Source: an uncultured Gammaproteobacteria bacterium
Lineage (GTDB): Bacteria; Patescibacteriota; Microgenomatia; Levybacterales; UBA12049
Direction of reading: 5' to 3'
Assembly: GCA_964521295.1 (NCBI GenBank)
Contig: CAZFRF010000001.1
Span: 206,146 to 270,145, forward strand
DNA: 64,000 nucleotides
Shown here: piece by piece, positions 27,572 through 35,574 of the stretch
Layout: each line of letters begins with the position of its first letter
Numbering within the stretch: position 1 is the stretch's first letter
The notes under the pieces: model-generated
The model's input: the letters and a program-made list of their open reading frames with translations, nothing else
Told to the model about the DNA's origin: nothing
Databases searched by the model: none
Made by a program: the position numbers and the translations under genes

Positions 27572-28765
27572 CTAATTGAGTGGTGCGTCAGGCTTACTTA
27601 TGTTCTTAATTAATTCTACAAGCTTTGCTGCTTTATTATCAAAATATTCTTTATAGAATTGGCTTGAATTCATTTGAATAATTTCAATCTTCTCTGGACT
27701 TATTTGCTTAACGTTATAGATTTTGCTACTTATATCTGACTCTTGTATTCTTTTTATTTTATCAGCAATTTTCTTTGATATTTCTTTAGGATTTTTTTCA
27801 CCCTTAAATGGAGAAACAATTATTAGTTTTTTTTCAGGATATTTATTTACAGATTCAATAATTAAATTATTGATATATGTGTCAAAAAAGCTATATCCGA
27901 TTATAATAAAGAAATCTCTTTCATCAAGAATTTCTTTGAATCGAAAGGTCAAGCTAAGAAAAGGGTCGACAGATAACATTTTCGCCTCTTGTCCAAATAT
28001 TAGAAGTGGAATAAATGAGGTGAGGGGTAATTTATCTTCTTTTCTAACTTGTCCCTTCATTATTTCATCGTCAACACCTGCTATAGATTTTGTCCAGTTT
28101 AAAGAACCGTGTATTTTGTAGTAATTCATCCTATATTTTTCAACCTGATCTTGGCTATCAAACGCATTTTGCCAATCTCCTGATTGAAAACCATCGTTCA
28201 ATACAGTTTCAGCTGATGTGTTAAAGAATTTTTCAAAAACAAGATCATAGTTTATTGTAAAAAAATCCAGAACAAATGGTTTATCGCTAGTATCAGTAAG
28301 AAATTGTTTAACTGGAGTAAGTAACGTCTGTGATTTGGGAGCATCAAAAGATAACCAATTTGGTAGATATGTATATTCAATCTTAGAAAGCAAAGTCTTA
28401 AAAACATCTTGTTCCCTATACTCAAATTTTAATATCTTTTCACTCCAATTGCCTACCATCGGATGAGGAATTATATAGTCACGATTGACAATTTTTCTTA
28501 AAAGAAATACAAATTCTTCGATATTTGGAATATAATCCGTTTGCTTTGAAGCAATATTTTTCCAACTTTTTTGGTATTCAAGACAAGAAATAATAAATCT
28601 AAAAATTTCAACTTCATCCTTATTTCCTTCATGCTCTATTATTCGACCAAGGTCATCAATCATCATTTTTGAAGTTTTACAACCAGCCTCAACCGTAGCG
28701 CCCGCTCCTGTAAAAAAAACTACCTTTTTTGATAATTCTTCAAGTGTCATGCTTAAATAAACCAA
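27572..28765 (-). CDS. Sir2-family (DHS-like NAD-binding) effector protein, pAgo-associated
   Basis: N-terminal VVFFTGAGATVEAG (cf. Sir2 GAGIS-x-SGIP NAD-binding loop). TINYDLVFE (cf. TQNIDxL). YYKIHGSLNW (cf. the catalytic-His motif LHGSxxW of Sir2 NADase domains in ThsA/DSR/SPARSA). The start overlaps the pAgo stop by 13 nt. About 150 aa of C-terminal extension of unknown fold. Confidence 0.7.
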   Translation of the reverse strand: MVYLSMTLEELSKKVVFFTGAGATVEAGCKTSKMMIDDLGRIIEHEGNKDEVEIFRFIISCLEYQKSWKNIASKQTDYIPNIEEFVFLLRKIVNRDYIIPHPMVGNWSEKILKFEYREQDVFKTLLSKIEYTYLPNWLSFDAPKSQTLLTPVKQFLTDTSDKPFVLDFFTINYDLVFEKFFNTSAETVLNDGFQSGDWQNAFDSQDQVEKYRMNYYKIHGSLNWTKSIAGVDDEIMKGQVRKEDKLPLTSFIPLLIFGQEAKMLSVDPFLSLTFRFKEILDERDFFIIIGYSFFDTYINNLIIESVNKYPEKKLIIVSPFKGEKNPKEISKKIADKIKRIQESDISSKIYNVKQISPEKIEIIQMNSSQFYKEYFDNKAAKLVELIKNISKPDAPLN

Positions 28766-30807
28766 AGTGTCTTTTTGGCAATCTTCGAGTTTGGTAATCC
28801 ATTTGAGAAGTAATAAGCCTTTTCGGACAACTCTTTGGCATATTCAATTGTGACTGGGACAGCTTTCTGTTTAATGGATCTCCAATACAACCTTGAAAAT
28901 TCATATACTTGGTCTAATAGGTCTATAACTTCATTTTTGTCCCTAATGTCTACGCCGTTATGAGCAGTTATAGTGATTTTTACTGGGTATTTATCATCAC
29001 CTTTATAAGTTGAGATATCGTCACTGTGTCTTTCATTATTGAATAAAATAAATACACTTTTTTTAAGTTCGACAACGGTTCCGCTAACTGGGATTTTACC
29101 AGGATAACTTTTATCAAAGCATATGTAATCTTTTGCTCTAGTATCATTTATATTAAGGACAGTATATGGAATATTTAAGTTGAGATTTTTAAATACTTCC
29201 GCTAAAGTTGCTGACTCTTTGTTTCCCCACTCTTTAAAATAATGAATTATTAATTTTTGAGGCTCTCCGTTTTCTACTATGTGATTATTAATGGCGTCTT
29301 CAAGGCTTTTTTTTAAATTTTCTTGTGTATACTCAAAGCAACTTAAATCCTTAAAAACTCCACTATTATTAAAACATACAGTATTCCCAATGTACCTAGT
29401 TCCACCAGGAGATTTAATAATTTTTTCTCCAAAACCAACCAACAAACAGTTACCTAAGTCTCTCTTTAATTTCCAAGGTATTCCTCCAACTTTAGCTAAA
29501 ATTGCAATCGCCATATTAGGAAGATAAAAATGTATAGCTTGTGATTTAAGCTTTATAGATTCAATAACCTGAGAAGTAATGTTTAAATTTAAAAGCGATT
29601 CTTTTATTTTAAAATAAATTAATTTTTCATCCTCATTTGCTGTTTCTTCGCTAAAAGGGGATATATACAATGCAACATACTTTCTTTGCGAATCAAGTGT
29701 TAAACTTTTTAAGCGTTCTTCTATCTGTTCTAGGGCAGTGTTTGAGCTTTCGAAACTAATAGAATTCTCTATATCCAAGTCGAATGGGATTTTTGAAAAA
29801 CTTTCCAATCCAGGAAAATGTCTATAACCATATTTGAAATATTTATATAGACTATTAGCTATATCTTTATCCGTTTTTGAATAAATAAATATAAACTTAA
29901 CTTTATCTACATCTTCGGGTACAAAATACGGTCCGTAATTTGAGAAACCACGATATGGGTCATACTCAGTTTTTCCTTCCCCGAATTCTAGCAAATTTTT
30001 TTCTCTAGGAATTTCGATTATTTCGCTTTCTTTAAGCTCTCTTAGTCCAGATGCTAGAACCTGAACTCCCCGTGCTATATCTTTTCCTTTTAAGTGTGAT
30101 TCATAAAAAGTTGTTATTAAGCTGTAATGATTTATAAAAGAAAAGTCTTTTGACGATGCAAATGATAATCTAAGATTAGAATCAATTTCTCTATTGAGTA
30201 ATGGCTTGCCGGTTTTGATTATCTCCTCGTCTAAAAATTTTGTTCTGAAAATCTCCTTGTCTAGTAAAACTTTCTTAACAGTTTGATGTTCTAAATTTAG
30301 TTCTGAGATAGATTGTTTATGTATTTTGGAATTTTGACTTCCTAATCCAATCGTTAAGTAGTATTTGTCAAACTGTTTATCAATTTTTAAATTCCATACG
30401 TTATACTCATAATAATCGTCTGTTGTTGCTGGCTGCTTTTTTTCCCAAATCTCCAGATCATCAATGAAATTGGATGCTGTAATAAATTCTTTATGCTGGA
30501 AATAGGATTTAAATTTTGAGGAGAGATACAATGGAATAAAAAATGGTTCTTTTTCAAGATTAAATGTAAATTGCTTCAATTCATTGTCTGCCTCCTCTTT
30601 TTCAAATTTTATACTTACGTGACTATTCTGATGAGCAATCGAGTTTAAATAAGATGCAAAATCGGTACTAGTGTTATTTAGGTTTCGTAGGAGATAATCT
30701 ATGGTAAAAACACGTGAGAATTTGTAGTCTTTTCCCGGCTTAAAGAATATATCTATCGAATCTTTTGGATACGTTATTAATACTTGATTAATTAGTAATT
30801 GCGACAT
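28753..30807 (-). CDS. Prokaryotic Argonaute (pAgo) with catalytically inactive PIWI domain
   Basis: C-terminal PIWI block AIAILAKVGGIPWKLKRDLGNCLLVGFGEK contains the hallmark KxGGxPW/NW motif. The position of the first catalytic Asp (GxDVxH) is occupied by GFGEK, and no RDG motif follows (LIIHYFKEWG). The MID-like region is YVALYISPFSEE...KLIYFKIKES. The roughly 370-aa N-terminal region fits either N/L1/PAZ*-L2 or a fused APAZ. Confidence 0.72.
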   Translation of the reverse strand: MSQLLINQVLITYPKDSIDIFFKPGKDYKFSRVFTIDYLLRNLNNTSTDFASYLNSIAHQNSHVSIKFEKEEADNELKQFTFNLEKEPFFIPLYLSSKFKSYFQHKEFITASNFIDDLEIWEKKQPATTDDYYEYNVWNLKIDKQFDKYYLTIGLGSQNSKIHKQSISELNLEHQTVKKVLLDKEIFRTKFLDEEIIKTGKPLLNREIDSNLRLSFASSKDFSFINHYSLITTFYESHLKGKDIARGVQVLASGLRELKESEIIEIPREKNLLEFGEGKTEYDPYRGFSNYGPYFVPEDVDKVKFIFIYSKTDKDIANSLYKYFKYGYRHFPGLESFSKIPFDLDIENSISFESSNTALEQIEERLKSLTLDSQRKYVALYISPFSEETANEDEKLIYFKIKESLLNLNITSQVIESIKLKSQAIHFYLPNMAIAILAKVGGIPWKLKRDLGNCLLVGFGEKIIKSPGGTRYIGNTVCFNNSGVFKDLSCFEYTQENLKKSLEDAINNHIVENGEPQKLIIHYFKEWGNKESATLAEVFKNLNLNIPYTVLNINDTRAKDYICFDKSYPGKIPVSGTVVELKKSVFILFNNERHSDDISTYKGDDKYPVKITITAHNGVDIRDKNEVIDLLDQVYEFSRLYWRSIKQKAVPVTIEYAKELSEKAYYFSNGLPNSKIAKKTLWFI

Positions 30808-30912
30808 ATAAGTAAATTGTAAATATATTTTACTACATTTCTATACGCCTTACATTATACTCTGTTAACATCTAAACACTGGTATTGATTTAATCCGATT
30901 TAAGTAACATTG

Positions 30913-30960
30913 AGACTCCTTGGGGTCTTTTAGCTCATGGTGTGTAATCGTTACATATTT
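30913..30960. repeat. Imperfect direct repeat copy B (gagactccttggggtcttttagctcatgGTGTAATCGTTACATattt) containing the palindrome TGTAA-TCG-TTACA
   Basis: See copy A. Copies A and B bracket the pAgo-Sir2 operon (27572-30807). The gactccttgggg segment resembles the tRNA-Glu 3' end gactccccttggcgg. Confidence 0.6.
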
Positions 30961-31119
30961 AAGAAAGAAAAAAAGAAGCAAAAAAAGAAAGAATATTTTT
31001 AAATTTTATTAAACTAAAGGACTAATAGACAAAGGCTGGTGTGAGGCTAGGTCTAATGATTGTCTGCCATTGCTCAAGGCTGCTGCGTATTTGGTTCCAA
31101 TTCTCTATAATTTGGGGTA

Positions 31120-32451
31120 CTAAATAACTTCTAATCCTTTGCTTTCGTTATGAACATGTTTAACCATTTTTTCTTGATAGACACGCACTCCTTCTTTTTG
31201 TGGCACGCTATATGAACCATATAAAATATTTCCTTTATATATGCTTGTAATACCTTGATAGATTAAGCTAAGTAATCTATTTTCACCAGTAATTTTATAA
31301 TTCGCTCTAACTATATCTGGAAGTTCTTCTAAAACTCTTCCAAGATTAAGTCCTTCAACTGCTCTTTTAACTCCTAACCAAAATGCATCAGCTAAGAATT
31401 CAAAATCAACTCTTGGTCCATCATAAGTCATAGTATCTGCCATTGCTCTTATTGTTGAATCAATGTTTCCCACTTGAGTAGCGATGTGGTGTGGATAGTC
31501 AAACCATGTGTATGGATGATCAAGATACATGCTTTTTCCGACAGCCTCTAAATCAAGTTCTTCACCCATAGTGGAGACATTACGTGCTAAATTTTGCCAA
31601 GCAGGTCCACCAGAACACATTTGAAAACCTTCAGTAATTAAGGGAAGCTCTTGACCAACTACTTTTTGCGAAACAAATCTTAAATAAGAACTTAAATCTG
31701 GCTTAGAGACTCCTTCGGCTTTTGCAAATTGATCAAGAACAAATTCTCTGTAGGGTGGAATTACTAAACGCTGTCTTCTTTCGTACATAGTTACTGAATC
31801 TAGTAATCTAAAGTTACTTTTTGATGCTCTAACTAGAATTACTGGTTTTCCTCTAAAGAACCCGCTTGATCTTAAAACACTTGGAGGAAGATAATCGCCA
31901 TTTAGATCAGGTAGTTGGGTAATTTCATAAATTCCTAAGATTTTTTCAGTATCCAATCCTCTTTCTGTAAAATGATCAACTCCAACTGATTCTTGCATAG
32001 CATCTCTTGCTTCTAGCTCTCCATAGCCATCGTAAAATGGGTATCTTGCCATTGGTTCTCGCATATCCATATAGCCTCTATATGCGACCGAACCATTTCT
32101 AGCAATTGTTGTAGCGCCAACCCCTTTAAAATTAACGACATATTCCTTGCCATCAATTTCTACAGTTTCATCAGCTTCTAATACTCTTCCGCATTCATAT
32201 GGACTTGACATGATTTTAGTTAAAGCCTGTAAGTCAGTAGAAAAACCAGCATACATATCCGGAGTAACAACGACTCTAAGTCCGCCTTCAACTACTGCTC
32301 TAATCTGAGGGTTGTTGGTGACTAGCGGAGACTCATATAGTGCGCTAGTCATAGCCGGCAATGTATATTCAATATTCGCATGGATTCTGTTATTGCCGTA
32401 AACAGCTAGCACTCTTGGATTAGTTGATATTCTTTCTTTACTTCTATTCAT
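31120..32451 (-). CDS. Uncharacterised 443-aa protein, paralog 1 of a tandem pair
   Basis: Long ORF. About 45-50% identical by eye to the adjacent 443-aa ORF, with shared blocks NIEYTLPA, SSP(Y/F)ECGRVLEAD, V(N)xKGVGAT, LVRASKS(N/H)FRLLDSVTMYER, PLIT(E/Q)G, W(Q/K)NLARNVS and GEELDLEAV. Higher GC than surroundings. No family recognised. Confidence 0.6.
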   Translation of the reverse strand: MNRSKERISTNPRVLAVYGNNRIHANIEYTLPAMTSALYESPLVTNNPQIRAVVEGGLRVVVTPDMYAGFSTDLQALTKIMSSPYECGRVLEADETVEIDGKEYVVNFKGVGATTIARNGSVAYRGYMDMREPMARYPFYDGYGELEARDAMQESVGVDHFTERGLDTEKILGIYEITQLPDLNGDYLPPSVLRSSGFFRGKPVILVRASKSNFRLLDSVTMYERRQRLVIPPYREFVLDQFAKAEGVSKPDLSSYLRFVSQKVVGQELPLITEGFQMCSGGPAWQNLARNVSTMGEELDLEAVGKSMYLDHPYTWFDYPHHIATQVGNIDSTIRAMADTMTYDGPRVDFEFLADAFWLGVKRAVEGLNLGRVLEELPDIVRANYKITGENRLLSLIYQGITSIYKGNILYGSYSVPQKEGVRVYQEKMVKHVHNESKGLEVI

Positions 32452-32452
32452 G

Positions 32453-33784
32453 CTATTTAAATAAAGCCTTTTTCTCTTTGGCTATCTGATCAACCATTGT
32501 TTTTCTATATATCCAACCGCCTTCTGGTGGTGGAGTTCTATATGTATCTGTAAATACCATATGAATATATGCATACTCAATGGCATCAAAAATTCCTTTA
32601 AAAAGTGAATCAGGACCTGTAAAATTGAATTGTCTACGTACATTTTGGGTCATTGTTCGTAAAACAGCATGTAAATCCAAATTAGCAAGACTACCTCTAA
32701 GTCCTTCCCAAACCATGAGCGCTAAGCTATCAAAATCTACTTTAGGGCCACCATCAGTAATTGTGTCTGCAAAGCCCCTAAGCGCCTTATCTATATTCAT
32801 TACATGGTTTGTGACATGATCTTTATAATCGAAAGGAACAGATTGTGATAAATAATCTTTATGTGGCTCTACTGCTTCTAAATCAAGTTCTTCACCTAAA
32901 ACTGAAACATTTCTGGCCAAATTTTTCCATTTTGTCTTTCCTGCAGACATTTCATATCCTTGAGTAATTAATGGCACTTCTTGCCTGAACAATTTTTGAG
33001 TCAAATATCTCAAATATGTATCCATATCTCCAGGTTGTCCTTCAGCCTTATGAAATTGTTCTAAGATTAGCTCTCTTAAACCAGGAATATAAAATTGCAT
33101 TTGTCTTTCATACATAGTTACTGAATCAAGTAGCCTAAAATGACTCTTTGACGCTCTTACTAAAAGAGTAGGTTCTGTAGAAAGTCTATTTTCTTGTTTT
33201 AATACTGCTGGAGAAGTATATTCACCATCTACTCCTGGCATTCTCAGGATTCTATAGATTCCCAAAACTTTTTCTGTATCAATACCTTGCGCTCTTAAGT
33301 CAATTGCATTATCTCGTTCAGACTGTGCATAACGAGCATCTAGTTCGCCAAAACCATGATAAAAAGGATAGACTGCTAAACGATTAAGTACAGCAGTATT
33401 ATTTTCAAAAGCTATTTCACCGTTTCTAAAGACTGACGTTGCGCCAACCCCTTTAATATTTACTGTATACTCGACTCCGTCAATCATGACTGTTGGATCT
33501 GCCTCTAAAACTCTTCCGCATTCAAAAGGACTAGACATAACTGTAACGTCTGCCCTAGCTGCTGGAAGTAATCTAAAATATGTTTGAGGTAAGATTATTA
33601 CTCTTAAATTATCATGGACAACCCTTCTTACATTCGGATCATCAGTTACAGTAAAGGATTCATATTGAGTAACTGTGGTTGCGGGTAATGTATATTCAAT
33701 ATTTGGCACCGTTGATGGACCATATACTCTTGCGATACGGGGATTAGTTGTAATTAATGGTAAAAACTCTTTTGGTTGAGCCAT
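32453..33784 (-). CDS. Uncharacterised 443-aa protein, paralog 2 of a tandem pair
   Basis: See paralog 1. The stop of paralog 2 is 1 nt from the start of paralog 1. Confidence 0.6.
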   Translation of the reverse strand: MAQPKEFLPLITTNPRIARVYGPSTVPNIEYTLPATTVTQYESFTVTDDPNVRRVVHDNLRVIILPQTYFRLLPAARADVTVMSSPFECGRVLEADPTVMIDGVEYTVNIKGVGATSVFRNGEIAFENNTAVLNRLAVYPFYHGFGELDARYAQSERDNAIDLRAQGIDTEKVLGIYRILRMPGVDGEYTSPAVLKQENRLSTEPTLLVRASKSHFRLLDSVTMYERQMQFYIPGLRELILEQFHKAEGQPGDMDTYLRYLTQKLFRQEVPLITQGYEMSAGKTKWKNLARNVSVLGEELDLEAVEPHKDYLSQSVPFDYKDHVTNHVMNIDKALRGFADTITDGGPKVDFDSLALMVWEGLRGSLANLDLHAVLRTMTQNVRRQFNFTGPDSLFKGIFDAIEYAYIHMVFTDTYRTPPPEGGWIYRKTMVDQIAKEKKALFK

Positions 33785-33841
33785 AAGTTCGATATTATAG
33801 GATAATTTAAGCGCATGAGCAAGTTATGCTATCATTAATTT

Positions 33842-34579
33842 ATGAGCGAAGCTAGAAATGATGTTCAACTTATTCAAAGAGCCATTCGTACAGCCCATGA
33901 AATAAAGCGTGCAAAGCAGGGGTATGAACCTGATCATATGTGGGGACAAAATGGTAATGGCTACAAAATTTATGAACACTCATTTAAACCTGTTTTGCAA
34001 GGTGAAACATTACCAAGTCTTATTGCCGGAAACCCTAATCCTGTTGTAGTAGATTTAATGGGGCCTAGTACAATGCTATACACCCTATTCAAGACTTTAC
34101 CACCTGAAGTACATCCAACTGGTTTTTCGCTTGCATTAACAGATTTAAGAAGAAATCCAAAATCCATCGACAAAGATACTGAACTAAATATTACCCATGT
34201 CGTAGGAGATATTCATGCTAAGGATACATGGCAAGCTTTGACACATGCAATGGAACAAAAACTTGGCGATAAAAAAGCAGATTTAGTTGTTTCAAGGGCT
34301 TTGGGTGGACTTTCGCAAATTGCAGTAGATGATGATATGCATGCAATAATAATGGATAAAATCTGGAAAATTACAGCTGATGGAGGTGTAATTATCTTAC
34401 AATTGCCACATACGTACTCTCCTCACACTAAATTTGAAGATAAAGCATTACGATTATTAGCTGATTTACGTGAACAAGGTGCAGAAACTAGATTTGATAA
34501 TCAAGGATCTTTTCCCTTGGTTTATGTTAGAAAACCACTAAATTCTTCTAATAATTTAAATTTTCCCTCCGGTAGTTAA
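33842..34579 (+). CDS. Hypothetical 245-aa protein (possibly Rossmann-like/methyltransferase-like)
   Basis: Divergent from the paralog pair. VVVDLMGPST ... LALTDL ... ADLVVSRALGGL is reminiscent of class I SAM-MTase motifs I, post-I and II, but the match is weak. Confidence 0.4.
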   Translation: MSEARNDVQLIQRAIRTAHEIKRAKQGYEPDHMWGQNGNGYKIYEHSFKPVLQGETLPSLIAGNPNPVVVDLMGPSTMLYTLFKTLPPEVHPTGFSLALTDLRRNPKSIDKDTELNITHVVGDIHAKDTWQALTHAMEQKLGDKKADLVVSRALGGLSQIAVDDDMHAIIMDKIWKITADGGVIILQLPHTYSPHTKFEDKALRLLADLREQGAETRFDNQGSFPLVYVRKPLNSSNNLNFPSGS

Positions 34580-35538
34580 GCGGCCAATTCTTTAAGTGTT
34601 TCTTTAAAAGTACTCAATAGTTTATCGTCATAAATTGAAACAAAAATTATTTCTTTTTTAGCTTTTTTAAATATTTTCTGAATATTTTCCATTTGTTTTT
34701 TATCTAAATTATCAGCTTTTGTAATCGCAATTAATTCATTTTTAGATAATAAATCTGGATTATAATCTTCTAATTCTTTTCTAATAACTTCATAATCGGA
34801 AATAAAATTAGCTGATGCTGAATCTATACAATGAACAATTATTTTAGTTCTCTCAATGTGTTTTAGAAATTTAATGCCTAAGCCTTTACCAGTTGACGCG
34901 CCTTCAATAAGACCAGGGATATCAGCCAGGATTAAGTTGTCCATTGCACCCAGGTTGGGCTCTAAAGTTGTAAATGGGTAATTGCCAATCTTGGGATGCG
35001 CATTAGTTAAAACTTCAAGTAAACTACTCTTGCCTGCATTAGGAAAACCAATCAAACCAATATCGGCAATAAGTTTAAGTTCTAGTTTTAATTCTTTTTC
35101 TTCTCCTGGTTCACCTAGTTCTCTATATTTAGGAGCTTGATTGGTTGCAGATTTAAATTCATTATTGCCTCTTCCACCTTTTCCGCCTGTAGCAACTAAC
35201 ATTGGAGTATCAGTGTCTCTAATTTCAAATTTAATACCCGTAGATAAATCTGTGACCACTGTACCAATCGGTAAATATATTGTCGTATGCTTACCATTTC
35301 TTCCGAAAAGAATTTGTTTTCCTCCTTTTACTCCATCCTCTCCAACAACTTGTTTAGTGTAGGTAAATGTTTGCAAAGCTGAGATATCATTTACGCCTTG
35401 AAAATATACATTTCCACCATTACCACCATTACCGCCATCGGGACCACCACGAGCAGTTTGAGCGTTTCTTTTAAAGGAAGCAGAACCATTACCGCCAGTT
35501 CCAGCTTTAACTTTTATAATAACTTCATCTATTAACAT
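34576..35538 (-). CDS. obg: GTPase Obg (short form without C-terminal extension)
   Basis: N-terminal Obg fold with Gly-rich repeats KAGTGGNGSASF...GGPDGGNGGNGGNVYF. G domain motifs GFPNAGKSS, DIPGLIEGA and TKAD. Confidence 0.9.
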   Translation of the reverse strand: MLIDEVIIKVKAGTGGNGSASFKRNAQTARGGPDGGNGGNGGNVYFQGVNDISALQTFTYTKQVVGEDGVKGGKQILFGRNGKHTTIYLPIGTVVTDLSTGIKFEIRDTDTPMLVATGGKGGRGNNEFKSATNQAPKYRELGEPGEEKELKLELKLIADIGLIGFPNAGKSSLLEVLTNAHPKIGNYPFTTLEPNLGAMDNLILADIPGLIEGASTGKGLGIKFLKHIERTKIIVHCIDSASANFISDYEVIRKELEDYNPDLLSKNELIAITKADNLDKKQMENIQKIFKKAKKEIIFVSIYDDKLLSTFKETLKELAA

Positions 35539-35574
35539 GGTCTTATTTTACCATTTTATGCTAAAATTAGCTTT

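Larger units (their letters stand above)
24388..31125. mobile_element. Integrated element(s) at the 3' end of tRNA-Glu carrying a serine recombinase, XRE regulators and a pAgo-Sir2 defence operon; possibly two tandem insertions
   Basis: Recombinase abuts and overlaps tRNA-Glu. Degenerate copies of the tRNA 3' end (GGCGGTACTAAA) occur at about 27288-27297 (GCGGTACTAA) and about 31112-31125 (TTGGGGTACTAAA). Further gactcc(c)ttgg-like copies lie at about 27477-27490 and 30913-30927. Cargo genes are atypical for the core genome. Confidence 0.55.

Noticed and set aside
27572-28765. Considered whether the pAgo partner is a TIR-domain (SPARTA-like) or nuclease effector instead of Sir2
   Set aside because: The GAG-x-(S/T)-x-x-G loop and the HGS-x-x-W catalytic-His block fit Sir2. 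I see no TIR beta-alpha motifs with a catalytic Glu and no PD-(D/E)xK or HNH residues.
30961-30995. Purine-rich tract agaaagaaaaaaagaagcaaaaaaagaaag, considered as a possible repeat array or leader
   Set aside because: It is a single homopurine run upstream of the pAgo start (T-rich on the coding strand). It is more plausibly an A/T-rich promoter/UP element than a repeat feature, and no spacers or units are present.
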